DNA of 19,599 nucleotides from an uncultured archaeon (GCA_964473825.1 CAYYQL010000046.1:1-19599), one strand, 5' to 3'. Positions 1-8,955 are shown, counted from the first letter of the stretch. Program-made: numbers and translations. Notes: a model not told the origin generated them from the sequence alone.

Positions 1-9
1 GTCTACACG

Positions 10-24
10 GAAGGGTTTATACCT
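10..24 (+). promoter_or_regulatory. Putative archaeal BRE/TATA promoter for xpb
   Basis: Purine-rich GAAGGG followed by TTTATA, about 75 nt upstream of the xpb start. Confidence 0.45.
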
Positions 25-96
25 GAAGCAAAGGTTTCCTTCACGGTTTCTGTCTGACCCATCCAAGTGGCAGAATGACTCCATCGAGGAACGTAG

Positions 97-1806
97 ATGC
101 CAGACCCAAAGAATCCCCTCATAGTTCAATCGGATAAGTCAGTACTACTTGAAGTAGACAATGAACGATACGAAGATGCCAGAGACTCGCTGGCACGATT
201 CGCAGAACTGGTCAAGAGTCCGGAGTATGTCCATACCTATCGCATAACCCCCCTCAGTCTCTGGAATGCCGCTGCAGTGGGTATGACTCCGAATGAGGTC
301 ATCGCGGCTCTCGAAGAGTATGCCAAGTATCCAATCCCGGGCAACATTAGTCGAGAGATTCTAGACTACATGAGCAGATACGGCCAGTTGAGCCTATACA
401 AAGAGGATGAGGATCTGTTGTTGCTTTGCGAGAACGAGGATTTGGCAGAGCAGATCTGGCAAAGCAAGAACGTACGGGAATACCTGATTGAGAGAGTTGA
501 TTCCACTACAATCTTGGTCGACCCAACGAAACGAGGATTCGTCAAACAGGCACTAATCGAGATAGGTCATCCAGTTGAGGATGTTGCGGGGTATGTAGAG
601 GGAGACCCACTATATTTTGAACTCAGGGAGAAGACGCTGAGTGGAAACAACTTCGACTTGAGAGACTATCAAGAAGATGCAGTTGCATCGTTTCACGCAG
701 GGGGAACGACCATGGGCGGCTCTGGCGTCGTGGTTCTGCCATGTGGCGCAGGAAAGACCATGGTGGGCATCGGAGCAATGCATGAACTTCAAACCTCTAC
801 GGTGATCCTCTGTCCCAACACAGTTGCTGTTCGCCAATGGATAGAAGAACTCCTCGATAAGACCACCCTGACGGAGGATCAGATAGGGGAATACACTGGA
901 GATGTCAAAAGGATTAGACCTGTGACAGTGGCAACCTACCAAATAATGACCTATCGAAAGTCAAGAGAATCCGAATTTGAGCACTTCGAAGTCTTCGAGG
1001 CTAAGAATTGGGGACTGATCATATATGACGAGGTCCATCTTTTGCCCGCACCAGTCTTTCGAGTCACAGCGACAATTCAGGCAACAAGAAGATTGGGGCT
1101 CACTGCAACCCTTGTCAGAGAAGATGAACGGGAAGAAGAAGTGTTCAGTCTCATCGGTCCGAAGAGATTCGACATGCCATGGAAGCTCCTCGAGGATAAG
1201 GGCTGGATTGCAACCGCGGTCTGCTACGAGGTGCGTATCGAGCTACCAGAATCACTCCGACGGAAGTATGCTCTCGCCGAGGACCGACACAAGTACAGAA
1301 TCGCAGCCGAGAATCCAGACAAGATTGCCATAATCAAGGAGATTGTTCAGTACCATACCGGGGATAACATACTCGTCATCGGGATGTATCTAAGGCAGCT
1401 CAGACTCATTTCTGAGGCGCTTGAGGCGCCACTGATAACAGGGAAGACAAGCAATGATGCTCGTCAGACCCTTTACAATGCCTTCCGCGACGGAAAGGTC
1501 AAAGTCTTAGTGGTCTCCAAAGTCGCAAATTTCGCCCTAGATCTTCCTGATGCCAACGTTGCGATACAGGTCTCAGGAACCTTTGGCTCGAGACAAGAGG
1601 AGGCTCAACGACTCGGACGGATTCTTCGCCCAAAAAGGGATGGCAGCTTTGCACGATTCTACTCGGTAATCACCAAAGACACAAGAGACATGGACTTTGC
1701 TGCAAAGAGACAGCTCTTCCTCACAGAACAGGGCTATCAGTATGTCATAGCCTCTGGAGATGAGAGAATCTGGGAAAGGGATCCCAACACCTTCTTCAGA
1801 CACTAA
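97..1806 (+). CDS. xpb: XPB/Rad25/Ssl2-family SF2 DNA helicase/translocase with N-terminal XPB (Helicase_C_3) domain
   Basis: Q motif LRDYQ, Walker A LPCGAGKT, Walker B DEVH, motif III plus XPB RED motif (LGLTATLVRED), motif VI GSRQEEAQRLGRILR. N-terminus PLIVQSDKSVLLEVD...HTYRITPLSLWNA is typical of bacterial/eukaryote-type XPB. GAGGA lies just upstream of the ATG. Confidence 0.96.
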   Translation: MPDPKNPLIVQSDKSVLLEVDNERYEDARDSLARFAELVKSPEYVHTYRITPLSLWNAAAVGMTPNEVIAALEEYAKYPIPGNISREILDYMSRYGQLSLYKEDEDLLLLCENEDLAEQIWQSKNVREYLIERVDSTTILVDPTKRGFVKQALIEIGHPVEDVAGYVEGDPLYFELREKTLSGNNFDLRDYQEDAVASFHAGGTTMGGSGVVVLPCGAGKTMVGIGAMHELQTSTVILCPNTVAVRQWIEELLDKTTLTEDQIGEYTGDVKRIRPVTVATYQIMTYRKSRESEFEHFEVFEAKNWGLIIYDEVHLLPAPVFRVTATIQATRRLGLTATLVREDEREEEVFSLIGPKRFDMPWKLLEDKGWIATAVCYEVRIELPESLRRKYALAEDRHKYRIAAENPDKIAIIKEIVQYHTGDNILVIGMYLRQLRLISEALEAPLITGKTSNDARQTLYNAFRDGKVKVLVVSKVANFALDLPDANVAIQVSGTFGSRQEEAQRLGRILRPKRDGSFARFYSVITKDTRDMDFAAKRQLFLTEQGYQYVIASGDERIWERDPNTFFRH

Positions 1807-2627
1807 TCAGGCGAGGGAGACTCGTACTTGGTGATCGACCGTGCTATTTCTTTCATATCATCAAGAGTCATCCGTCGTATTCCCGTGGGACCAACTCCGA
1901 AGGTGACCCATGCAGTATTATGAGGGGCTCCTCGCACTTTGGTGACTCTGAACTGCTTGATGAGTATCCCTGCTTTCTGAAAGGCGGGTTCATGTCTTGT
2001 ATCTAATATGGCATCACTAGAATATGTGATTGTGTCATCATAAGCAGAGAACTGCTGCAGTCCCATGTGATAGATGGCCCAGAGCGGGATTCGTTGCTCC
2101 TTGCAGAAGGTTGCACGCCATGCCTTCATAGTATTGATGGCCTTGAAAGGATGCGACTGGATGAAGAACTCCGTGATCGAGTCAACAAAAATACCACCGA
2201 GACGTGCGGGATCAAGCTTGTCGATTAGAGTGCGTATTGCATCAGTTATCTGTTCGGAGTCACTAGGGTTTCTTACTGTAAGGGTATGCTCATACTTGGT
2301 GGTCTTTCCCAGAATCTGGGATGAGAAACAGTCAACCAGTTCAATCATGCCTTTGTCAAGCATAGTGCTGTAGTCCCAACCTCGAGAACAGAGGCTTTGA
2401 AGAACGGAAAGGGGGGTGTCCTCAAAACAGACGTAGATTACTGGCCGTCCCGAATGCATCATGGACTTTGCCATCTCATTCAGTAAGACTGACTTACCGC
2501 CACCGCCGGGTCCACGAATAACTCCAAAGTTGTTCCGCGGGAATCCATCTGGAATCTCATCGTCCAAGGTCTTCATGCCCGTGAAATACGATCCAGTCCC
2601 TTTTTCGAGCAGTTCTCTGAAACTCAT
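1803..2627 (-). CDS. KaiC/RAD55-family RecA-superfamily ATPase (single domain)
   Basis: TGMKTLD..IPDGFP N-terminus, Walker A GPGGGGKS, YVCFED, Walker B IFVDSI, SDAIL, C-terminal RVTKVRG..H. Probable start is ATG 2627, preceded by AAGGTGG (ORF track starts at GTG 2636). Confidence 0.9.
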   Translation of the reverse strand: MSFRELLEKGTGSYFTGMKTLDDEIPDGFPRNNFGVIRGPGGGGKSVLLNEMAKSMMHSGRPVIYVCFEDTPLSVLQSLCSRGWDYSTMLDKGMIELVDCFSSQILGKTTKYEHTLTVRNPSDSEQITDAIRTLIDKLDPARLGGIFVDSITEFFIQSHPFKAINTMKAWRATFCKEQRIPLWAIYHMGLQQFSAYDDTITYSSDAILDTRHEPAFQKAGILIKQFRVTKVRGAPHNTAWVTFGVGPTGIRRMTLDDMKEIARSITKYESPSPD

Positions 2628-2708
2628 GGTGTCCACCTTAGGACAGGATATACCTTGTCAACGGGCATATTTACAGATTGCTCCAACGAATCACAGTCAG
2701 TTTCTCCC

Positions 2709-3677
2709 TCACGGTACAAGAGTCTCAAAGTCCCGTATCTTAGAGCGGAGATAGACCTCCAAGTCTTTCACTGCATGGGTGTCAGCTAGACTCTCCTCAA
2801 TTGCTCCTGATTGGGCGTGTACAATCCTTCTAATCGTCCATGATATCACTGAGAGAAGAGCAAGTGGGAAGAGCTCTCGTATCCTTCTCTCTTTGCCGTT
2901 GGACAGCACTGAAGGAATTCGGTCCATCAGATTGTGAAGGGGGTTTTGTACGAGGAGATATGCGATGTCAAACAAGGAGTTGCCTATGCAGGTTTCTTCG
3001 AAGTCAAGCAAGACTGCTTTGGACTCGGTGAAGACTACATTCGCTTCTTGAAAGTCGCCGTGCATGACATCACAAGGCCAATCATCTTGCAAGAGCCCTC
3101 TCACATCTAGAGAATCTGTCATTCTTTGAAGTCTTCTGCCCTCGTTGACTATGGAATTTGAAGAACTCGTATAACGGTTTAAGGTATCAGTGAGCCTGTT
3201 GAGAAGATACGTGGCGTAGGCCTTTGATGACTCGAATTCATGGAAACCGCCCATTGGGTTCTGAGAGAAAGTCATCATGGCAGCCTTCATCATAGAGAGA
3301 TGACTCGATTTCATCCTCGCTAGCTGTGGTACTACTTCGCCCTCCACAAACCTGAGCACCAAAAACGGCGTCTTCAATTTGGAGGCAAGTCGTCCGAAGG
3401 CGATTGGTTCCGGGCATAGTCCAAGTCTGGAGAAGTGGGCATATACCTTGAACTGAAACTCATAGGGGTTGTGATCATGGGGCTCTCGTAACCCGGGTAG
3501 TTTCACCACATATCTCTTTGAGTCGGACTCTCCAAGAAGATTGACATTTGTCCAGCCTCCGATGGAATGTCTGTTGAAATGAATGTCACTGAGGCAGCCG
3601 ACCGCCGTCGCGATCTGGTCCTCGATCTCACCGAGAGATAGACCATGAACAGAGAGGAGTTCCTTGCTCATATTCAT
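2709..3677 (-). CDS. Aminoglycoside phosphotransferase / choline kinase-like (APH-family) small-molecule kinase
   Basis: Gly loop GGWTN, YVVKLP catalytic Lys, HGDFQEANV motif, LLDFE metal-binding motif, DIAY. Start shortened to ATG 3677 (or 3671) so it does not overlap the divergent gene. Substrate unknown. Confidence 0.8.
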   Translation of the reverse strand: MNMSKELLSVHGLSLGEIEDQIATAVGCLSDIHFNRHSIGGWTNVNLLGESDSKRYVVKLPGLREPHDHNPYEFQFKVYAHFSRLGLCPEPIAFGRLASKLKTPFLVLRFVEGEVVPQLARMKSSHLSMMKAAMMTFSQNPMGGFHEFESSKAYATYLLNRLTDTLNRYTSSSNSIVNEGRRLQRMTDSLDVRGLLQDDWPCDVMHGDFQEANVVFTESKAVLLDFEETCIGNSLFDIAYLLVQNPLHNLMDRIPSVLSNGKERRIRELFPLALLSVISWTIRRIVHAQSGAIEESLADTHAVKDLEVYLRSKIRDFETLVP

Positions 3678-3732
3678 GTCATGTGCATCCGGCTTCATTA
3701 AGCTAATTAATCCTTGTAGATTAGCCGGGCTT
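3678..3732. promoter_or_regulatory. Compact divergent promoter region
   Basis: AT-rich core CATTAAGCTAATTAAT (3696-3711) offers TATA-like boxes about 20-26 nt from the ATGs on both strands, consistent with leaderless transcripts. Confidence 0.45.
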
Positions 3733-4020
3733 ATGATGGGACGTGAGATAATCCTCATACTGGCGCACCTCTTCAGGACCATTGGTTCATCCATTGAACT
3801 GGAAGAGGCTGTTGAGTACCTCTCGTTCAGGTGGCGGTATGGTTATCCCAGCGATATCAGACGGATGCTAACGGCTGCCGAGATGAAGGGCATGCTGGAT
3901 AGAAAAGGCGAGATGATTGAAGCAAACTTCCTCTTTGATACTCAAGATCTGTCACCAAATCAAGCCATTGCGATGGAGAACTCTGTTCGTCTCACCGGAG
4001 ATTATGAACCGATGAGCTAG
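3733..4020 (+). CDS. Small archaeal hypothetical protein, DUF2240-like (probable winged helix)
   Basis: Pattern LFR..G...ELEEAVEYLSFRWRY..P....RML..A...GML resembles archaeal DUF2240 N-termini as I recall them. Start ATG 3733 or 3736. Confidence 0.55.
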   Translation: MMGREIILILAHLFRTIGSSIELEEAVEYLSFRWRYGYPSDIRRMLTAAEMKGMLDRKGEMIEANFLFDTQDLSPNQAIAMENSVRLTGDYEPMS

Positions 4021-5150
4021 GCGGATTCTTCGGTGATGGCGGCTATGGAAACAAGCAATGCCTCCAGTTGGATGAATGGGTTTCGTGCTTGTACCATTCG
4101 ATGGTCGATTTCTGCAACCCGATCTACGAGTGTGGATGCCAGTTTCTTGGAGAAGGGACGAGCAACGATGTCTCGATTTATTCCCAAGATTATCTCATCA
4201 GGTGAGAACCCGTCAAATGTCAGCATGTATCTAAGCTTCTTACGCGCCCTGAGAAAATCACCGTTGATAGAAGTCGAAACCAACTCACGAACTCCTCGAT
4301 CTAGTGCTGTCTCATAAACCTCGTAAACACTGTCTTCGGAGACCACACCCGAGCCAGCCTGAGCCATCTGAAGAAGACTTGTTGCTCTTCTCAGATTGCC
4401 ATTGGATTCTCGAGCTATTGCAGCGATTCCTTTATCGTCAATAGTCACATCTTCTTTTTGTGCAATTCTGGTTACAAGATCTCGAGCGACAGTTTCTGAA
4501 ACCGCAGGAAAGCGAATGATCACGGTTCTTGACAGAATGGCCGGGCTCCAACCTGCAAGACTCGGGCTTATGAGGATGAACCGACATGCATCGCTGTAGA
4601 TCTCCATTGTCCGGCGCAGTGCTTGTTGCATGCTGTAGCTCAGTGCATCTGCCTCATCCAGTACGAGAATCTTGACTCTCTCGTCCACAACAGTCATAGT
4701 AGATGCAAAGATGTGGATTGCTTCCTGAAGCATCTGTCTTCGGTTCGGGTTTCTACTTGTGCCTCTTCTCTTGAGTGTGTCTTTGGCCTCCCTGTAGACA
4801 AACGACATATACTCATCGAAATCCGTCCTCTGACTACGATCCAGTTTAGCAAGTTTCTGGATGCTCCTCTTTGCTTTGGACACTGGGTAGTTGATGAGGT
4901 CTCTAACGTTCAGGAACATGTAATTGGAAGCAAAATCATCTTTCAGATAGGAGCGTGCAAAGAGCTCTGCAGCACTAGTCTTGCCAGTTCCGAATGGGCC
5001 CATGAAGATCATATGGGGGCACACCTGAGTTTCAGCGAACTCCCGTAGTCTGTCGATTGCTTTATCTTGGCCTATAAAATCGGTCCATTTCTCCGGACGA
5101 TACTTCACGCACCATAATGGCGGTTCCAGAATTTCCACCCGAGCCCTCAA
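4017..5150 (-). CDS. rfcS: Replication factor C small subunit homolog (divergent paralog with insertion)
   Basis: LWCVKYRP (RFC box II), PHMIFMGPFGTGKT Walker A, ILVLDEAD Walker B, QQALRRTME..S..CRFIL, AILSRT (SRC variant), GNLRRA sensor 2, C-terminal IQLEALL collar. Confidence 0.92.
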   Translation of the reverse strand: MRARVEILEPPLWCVKYRPEKWTDFIGQDKAIDRLREFAETQVCPHMIFMGPFGTGKTSAAELFARSYLKDDFASNYMFLNVRDLINYPVSKAKRSIQKLAKLDRSQRTDFDEYMSFVYREAKDTLKRRGTSRNPNRRQMLQEAIHIFASTMTVVDERVKILVLDEADALSYSMQQALRRTMEIYSDACRFILISPSLAGWSPAILSRTVIIRFPAVSETVARDLVTRIAQKEDVTIDDKGIAAIARESNGNLRRATSLLQMAQAGSGVVSEDSVYEVYETALDRGVRELVSTSINGDFLRARKKLRYMLTFDGFSPDEIILGINRDIVARPFSKKLASTLVDRVAEIDHRMVQARNPFIQLEALLVSIAAITEESA

Positions 5151-5297
5151 GATGTCCCATCAAGATAAGGTTGACTCTCGTATAGCTGTCCTTGACGTGA
5201 ATAGTTAAGACGCAAACACCCTAAACCACAACTATCAAAAGCCAGAAAACAGAGGCTCCTTGTTTACACGACTCGCTCTTAGGAGATATGTAGATAC

Positions 5298-7013
5298 ATG
5301 GCAAAAGAAAGCCTGAAGAATGAACTTGAACACATGCTTCGTGAAGACCTGATGGTCGCCTGCCAATATTGGGGCATCGAGCTAAGCGGCACCCGGTCAG
5401 GTACTCAATTGACTGAACTTCTTGCCAAGAAGATGAGCGACGAGGAGACCAGAAAGAGAGTCTTTGCCACCTTCACTCCCAGCGAACTAGACCTGCTTGG
5501 AATGCTCAGTCTCAATGGGGGTGCCATGAGCTATGATAGACTCAAGCCTTACAGAAAAATCTACAGCTACGGCCAGCTTAACCAAACTGAACGGGACCTG
5601 AGAAAGAAAGGCATCATAATCAGGAGAGTCATGTCCAGGCTCACCGAATATGGCCGGGAAGTAGCGGAGTTCAAGATAATAGACTATTTTTTGCCATATC
5701 TAGAGGCGCATTTCTCGAAGAAGCCTGATACTGGCAGATACAATCCAGAAGACGCCGATACGATTGTCGACGAACGAGACAGTCTTCTGGTGGACATCCT
5801 GCTCTTAGTATCGTATCTTGCCAAGAATGAAGTTACAATGACCAGCTCTTGGGAGTTCCCCAAACGAGACATGGAGGACATAATCAAACCCATGTCCGAG
5901 TCCACCGAGGAGAGATTTGATTTAGTTCAGAAGATTGCCCGAAAAGCTGGAGCATACGCTATCATCGAAGAAGACAGAGTTGTACCAGCAAAAGTGAGGG
6001 CGCTGTTCTCTGGCAAGCAAGACAATGCCTCAAGAAGGATTCTCTTGGCCTCACTCGGACGCACAAGAGCCATTTGGGCAACACCAGATCAACCGACGGA
6101 GTATACTTTGAATCTGATCATTTGCAGGCTCAGAGATAGCTCTACAGAACAGTGGATATCCATAAGTGAACTGCGTCAGTGGATAAGAAGCGAGCTCTTT
6201 GTTGATAAGCAGCCACTCAAATGGATACAGGTAGACGAAGAAAGAGTTACTCTTGCATTGGAAACACCAGTTCTCCTTGGGTTAGTCCAAGCAGCTTACC
6301 ATGGAGGTGACCTTGCCGCAATTCGACTCACAAAAGTTGGAAGTAGTGTTCTCAGAGGACACACCCTTGAGCTAACGGAGGGCCATGAAACATTCATCGT
6401 TCAGCCGAACTTTGAACTCACGGTCTTCACCTCAGAGATGAACTACGCCAAGCTCTACGAACTCATGCTGTTCACTGAACAAGTCAAGACGGATGTGGTG
6501 AGTACATTCAAGATCACAGAGCGGTCGATTTTCCACTCGATAGAGATAGGCATGCGTGAGAAGGAGATAGTCGGTTTTCTTGAAACAGAGAGCACAAAGC
6601 CGGTCCCAAACAACGTCATTCGGTCCATCCGGGACTGGACATCTCAAAGCACCTTCGCCACTGTAGATGACGTAACGCTCTTTGAAACAGAAAATGAAGC
6701 TGACTTAGACCATCTACTCCTACTTGAAGAATTTAATAAGTATGTAGTCCGGCGTGTGGGGCCGCTGGCTGCGGTCATCGTGGGGGACATTGATGAGTTT
6801 ACAGAAGAACTCAAAGAACACAAGTGTCACGTAAGACGCGCTGAGACTAAGGATGCTGCGAGCGAATCAGATATTCCAGACACAGGGATGGCAGAGCAGA
6901 TTCTACTCTACGAAGAAGAGATCGAAGATGTTCCAAAAGAGTGCGAAGGATGTCCGGCATTGAACTCCTGTAACAGGGTTGTCAGACGAAAGGCAGAAGG
7001 CCGAAAGAGATAG
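5298..7013 (+). CDS. XPB-associated protein with Helicase_C_3 domain (p52/Tfb2- or Rv0862c-like); no NTPase motifs
   Basis: Segment FIVQPNFEL...LFTEQVKTDVVSTFKITERS...GM...EIVGFLE...PVPNNV..SIRDW (about 6393-6647) aligns by eye with the N-terminus of XPB in this window. Helical/winged-helix-like N-terminal region. AGGAGA RBS at 5281. Confidence 0.8.
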   Translation: MAKESLKNELEHMLREDLMVACQYWGIELSGTRSGTQLTELLAKKMSDEETRKRVFATFTPSELDLLGMLSLNGGAMSYDRLKPYRKIYSYGQLNQTERDLRKKGIIIRRVMSRLTEYGREVAEFKIIDYFLPYLEAHFSKKPDTGRYNPEDADTIVDERDSLLVDILLLVSYLAKNEVTMTSSWEFPKRDMEDIIKPMSESTEERFDLVQKIARKAGAYAIIEEDRVVPAKVRALFSGKQDNASRRILLASLGRTRAIWATPDQPTEYTLNLIICRLRDSSTEQWISISELRQWIRSELFVDKQPLKWIQVDEERVTLALETPVLLGLVQAAYHGGDLAAIRLTKVGSSVLRGHTLELTEGHETFIVQPNFELTVFTSEMNYAKLYELMLFTEQVKTDVVSTFKITERSIFHSIEIGMREKEIVGFLETESTKPVPNNVIRSIRDWTSQSTFATVDDVTLFETENEADLDHLLLLEEFNKYVVRRVGPLAAVIVGDIDEFTEELKEHKCHVRRAETKDAASESDIPDTGMAEQILLYEEEIEDVPKECEGCPALNSCNRVVRRKAEGRKR

Positions 7014-7025
7014 GTTGGCACGACG

Positions 7026-8060
7026 ATGCAAGTAGTTCCGCAACGACTCGTAGGTGAGTTCTTCGGAGTAGGTAGCTTGGGAGCGAAAGACTACACTGCA
7101 CCGCTTGACTATATCACGGACTTGGCGCTCCCTTACTGGTACCAACTTCCGAAGTATAAGGAGGAAGACATGGTCCGCCAGTTCGCATATCTCATTGATG
7201 GATTTGAGGAAGAGGAAGACTTCACTCTCGATGTGGACATGTATACGTACCGCGAGATTTTGCAGGACGACAGCCCATTGGTGCCAGATAATGAGCACGC
7301 TCATGGACTCTATCTGCTTCAATCAAGAGGTCCTTTTGTGGATTTCAAAACGCAACAGACAGCCCCCGCCACCATGGCATTCAGCATAAGAGGGACGGAT
7401 GGTTGCCAGCTACTCTCCAAGAGCATGATTAGTTTCTTCGCATCTCTGATGGCCAGAGTAGCGGCGGGGCAAGTCAGATTTCTGGACAATTTCTGCGAGA
7501 ACATAATACTCTGTCAAGACGACCCAGCACTGGGGCATGCTGTCAACATGATTCAGAGCAACAAAATAGGAGATCTGGAGGTCTGGGAACTCGCAAGAGC
7601 TACAGAGGGGGTATATCCCGAGGAAGCTATTCCAGCGTATCACTACTGTGATGATTGGAGGCGGCTTCAATTTGGAGACGATTACTTCCTCTGGGATTCG
7701 AAGGCCAAGATAGTTCACATTGATGTACTGAGATATCCACCGCATCTTGAATCTGAGCAATCGGAGGCAATCAACCATTTCATTGAAAGAGGTGGCGGAT
7801 TCGCTCTCGGCGTCATACCGAACAATGACGAGGGCTTCTTCGACTCGGTGATAGAGCTCTTGCGTAAGGGCCTCAAAAGCACACTGCAGGCATTCACAGA
7901 TAGCGGAGTCAGCATTGAGCTGATTGCAGAAAACTCGATGGTCTCGACTCAGTGTGGTCTCTCTGGTCTTTCAAATGCATTGACCGAGAGAATACATGCT
8001 GAGAGTAGAAAATTCAAAGGCGTCTTCAACGAATTGAAGAATAGCTTCTTGACCAGATAA
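7026..8060 (+). CDS. Cobalamin-independent methionine synthase catalytic-domain-like (core MetE / URO-D superfamily) protein
   Basis: GVGSL N-terminus, PYWYQLP....EDM..Q, CQDDPAL (cf. QIDEP), YHYC (HxC zinc ligands), ALGVIP, STQCGL (cf. SPSCGL, third ligand). Starts 12 nt after the previous stop. Confidence 0.7.
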   Translation: MQVVPQRLVGEFFGVGSLGAKDYTAPLDYITDLALPYWYQLPKYKEEDMVRQFAYLIDGFEEEEDFTLDVDMYTYREILQDDSPLVPDNEHAHGLYLLQSRGPFVDFKTQQTAPATMAFSIRGTDGCQLLSKSMISFFASLMARVAAGQVRFLDNFCENIILCQDDPALGHAVNMIQSNKIGDLEVWELARATEGVYPEEAIPAYHYCDDWRRLQFGDDYFLWDSKAKIVHIDVLRYPPHLESEQSEAINHFIERGGGFALGVIPNNDEGFFDSVIELLRKGLKSTLQAFTDSGVSIELIAENSMVSTQCGLSGLSNALTERIHAESRKFKGVFNELKNSFLTR

Positions 8061-8112
8061 TTTTAAGTGGCGCCCTTCTCGGACAGGCTCTCAGACGTAC
8101 AGGTGGCTTTCA

Positions 8113-8934
8113 ATGACATCAACGGAAAATGAACCCGGGCCCATCATGAAATTCATTCAAGACTACCGCATGAAGATGCTCATACCCGAATTACTTGTGG
8201 TCTTGGGCGTTTGGTATCTCGCTCCCGAGTCCTTGACCGGCAATATGTATTCATTCCTTGGAGTCTTGAGCTACATCGCTCAGCCCCTATTTTTTGTTCC
8301 GAGTGGGATTCTTGTTCTGATTACAGCCATTACATTGCACGGCATCTACCCCCTAGACAATTACCACGAAGGAAAGATTTCGGAACTGCCGAGAGCGGCA
8401 TTAGTGATGATTGTCATTTCTTTCATATTCCTGCCCATTCTAGTTCTGATGCAGATGATTGGCTACTATATGACAGAGGCGACCGAGTACATAGCAAGAA
8501 ACCCCCTCTGGGAGAGAGTCGAGAGTCTTGGAGACCTTCTCTTCTACGCGGGACCCATGTTCTTTGTGGGCCTCCAGTGGTGGCTCTTGATTCCTGTCTT
8601 CTTCCTCTCACAGGGCGTGGACGGAATTCATAAGATCGCACATCACGAGACTTCCAGCGAGAAGATAACAGGAGCATTCTACTTCCTATGGCCAGCTTCT
8701 ATGCCCTTCTTCTTTGATCCCGTAGAGATAATGGCAATGGCTGCAATCTCCATTCCGGCGTTTGCGTTCTACTCATATATCAGACCATATTACACGTATG
8801 TGACAGCAGTTCATACCTTCACATTTGCGGTTCTAGTGGTGGTCACGATGGTGCTCGCGCCATACCTTCCCCTCTTGAACCTCTGGTTCCCCGGATCCAT
8901 TCCACCCCATGTGCCACCTCGAATATGGCCATGA
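8113..8934 (+). CDS. Polytopic membrane protein of unknown function
   Basis: About 7 hydrophobic segments. AGGTGG RBS at 8101 and TTTTAAG TATA-like box at 8061. Confidence 0.75.
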   Translation: MTSTENEPGPIMKFIQDYRMKMLIPELLVVLGVWYLAPESLTGNMYSFLGVLSYIAQPLFFVPSGILVLITAITLHGIYPLDNYHEGKISELPRAALVMIVISFIFLPILVLMQMIGYYMTEATEYIARNPLWERVESLGDLLFYAGPMFFVGLQWWLLIPVFFLSQGVDGIHKIAHHETSSEKITGAFYFLWPASMPFFFDPVEIMAMAAISIPAFAFYSYIRPYYTYVTAVHTFTFAVLVVVTMVLAPYLPLLNLWFPGSIPPHVPPRIWP

Positions 8935-8955
8935 GAACCATAGGCTCAAGGAGCT

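Noticed and set aside
1803-2627. Circadian clock KaiC
   Set aside because: Single domain and no kaiA/kaiB nearby; typical archaeal RAD55-like family member.
2709-3677. Antibiotic-resistance aminoglycoside kinase
   Set aside because: Only superfamily-level motifs are visible and there is no mobile context; the substrate cannot be assigned.
4749-4898. Intein in RFC, a frequent intein host
   Set aside because: Too short, no Cys/Ser start with His-Asn end, and not at the Walker A insertion site.
8113-8934. CAAX/Abi (CPBP) intramembrane protease
   Set aside because: The C-terminal AVH is suggestive, but the EExxxR and HxxxN catalytic motifs are missing.
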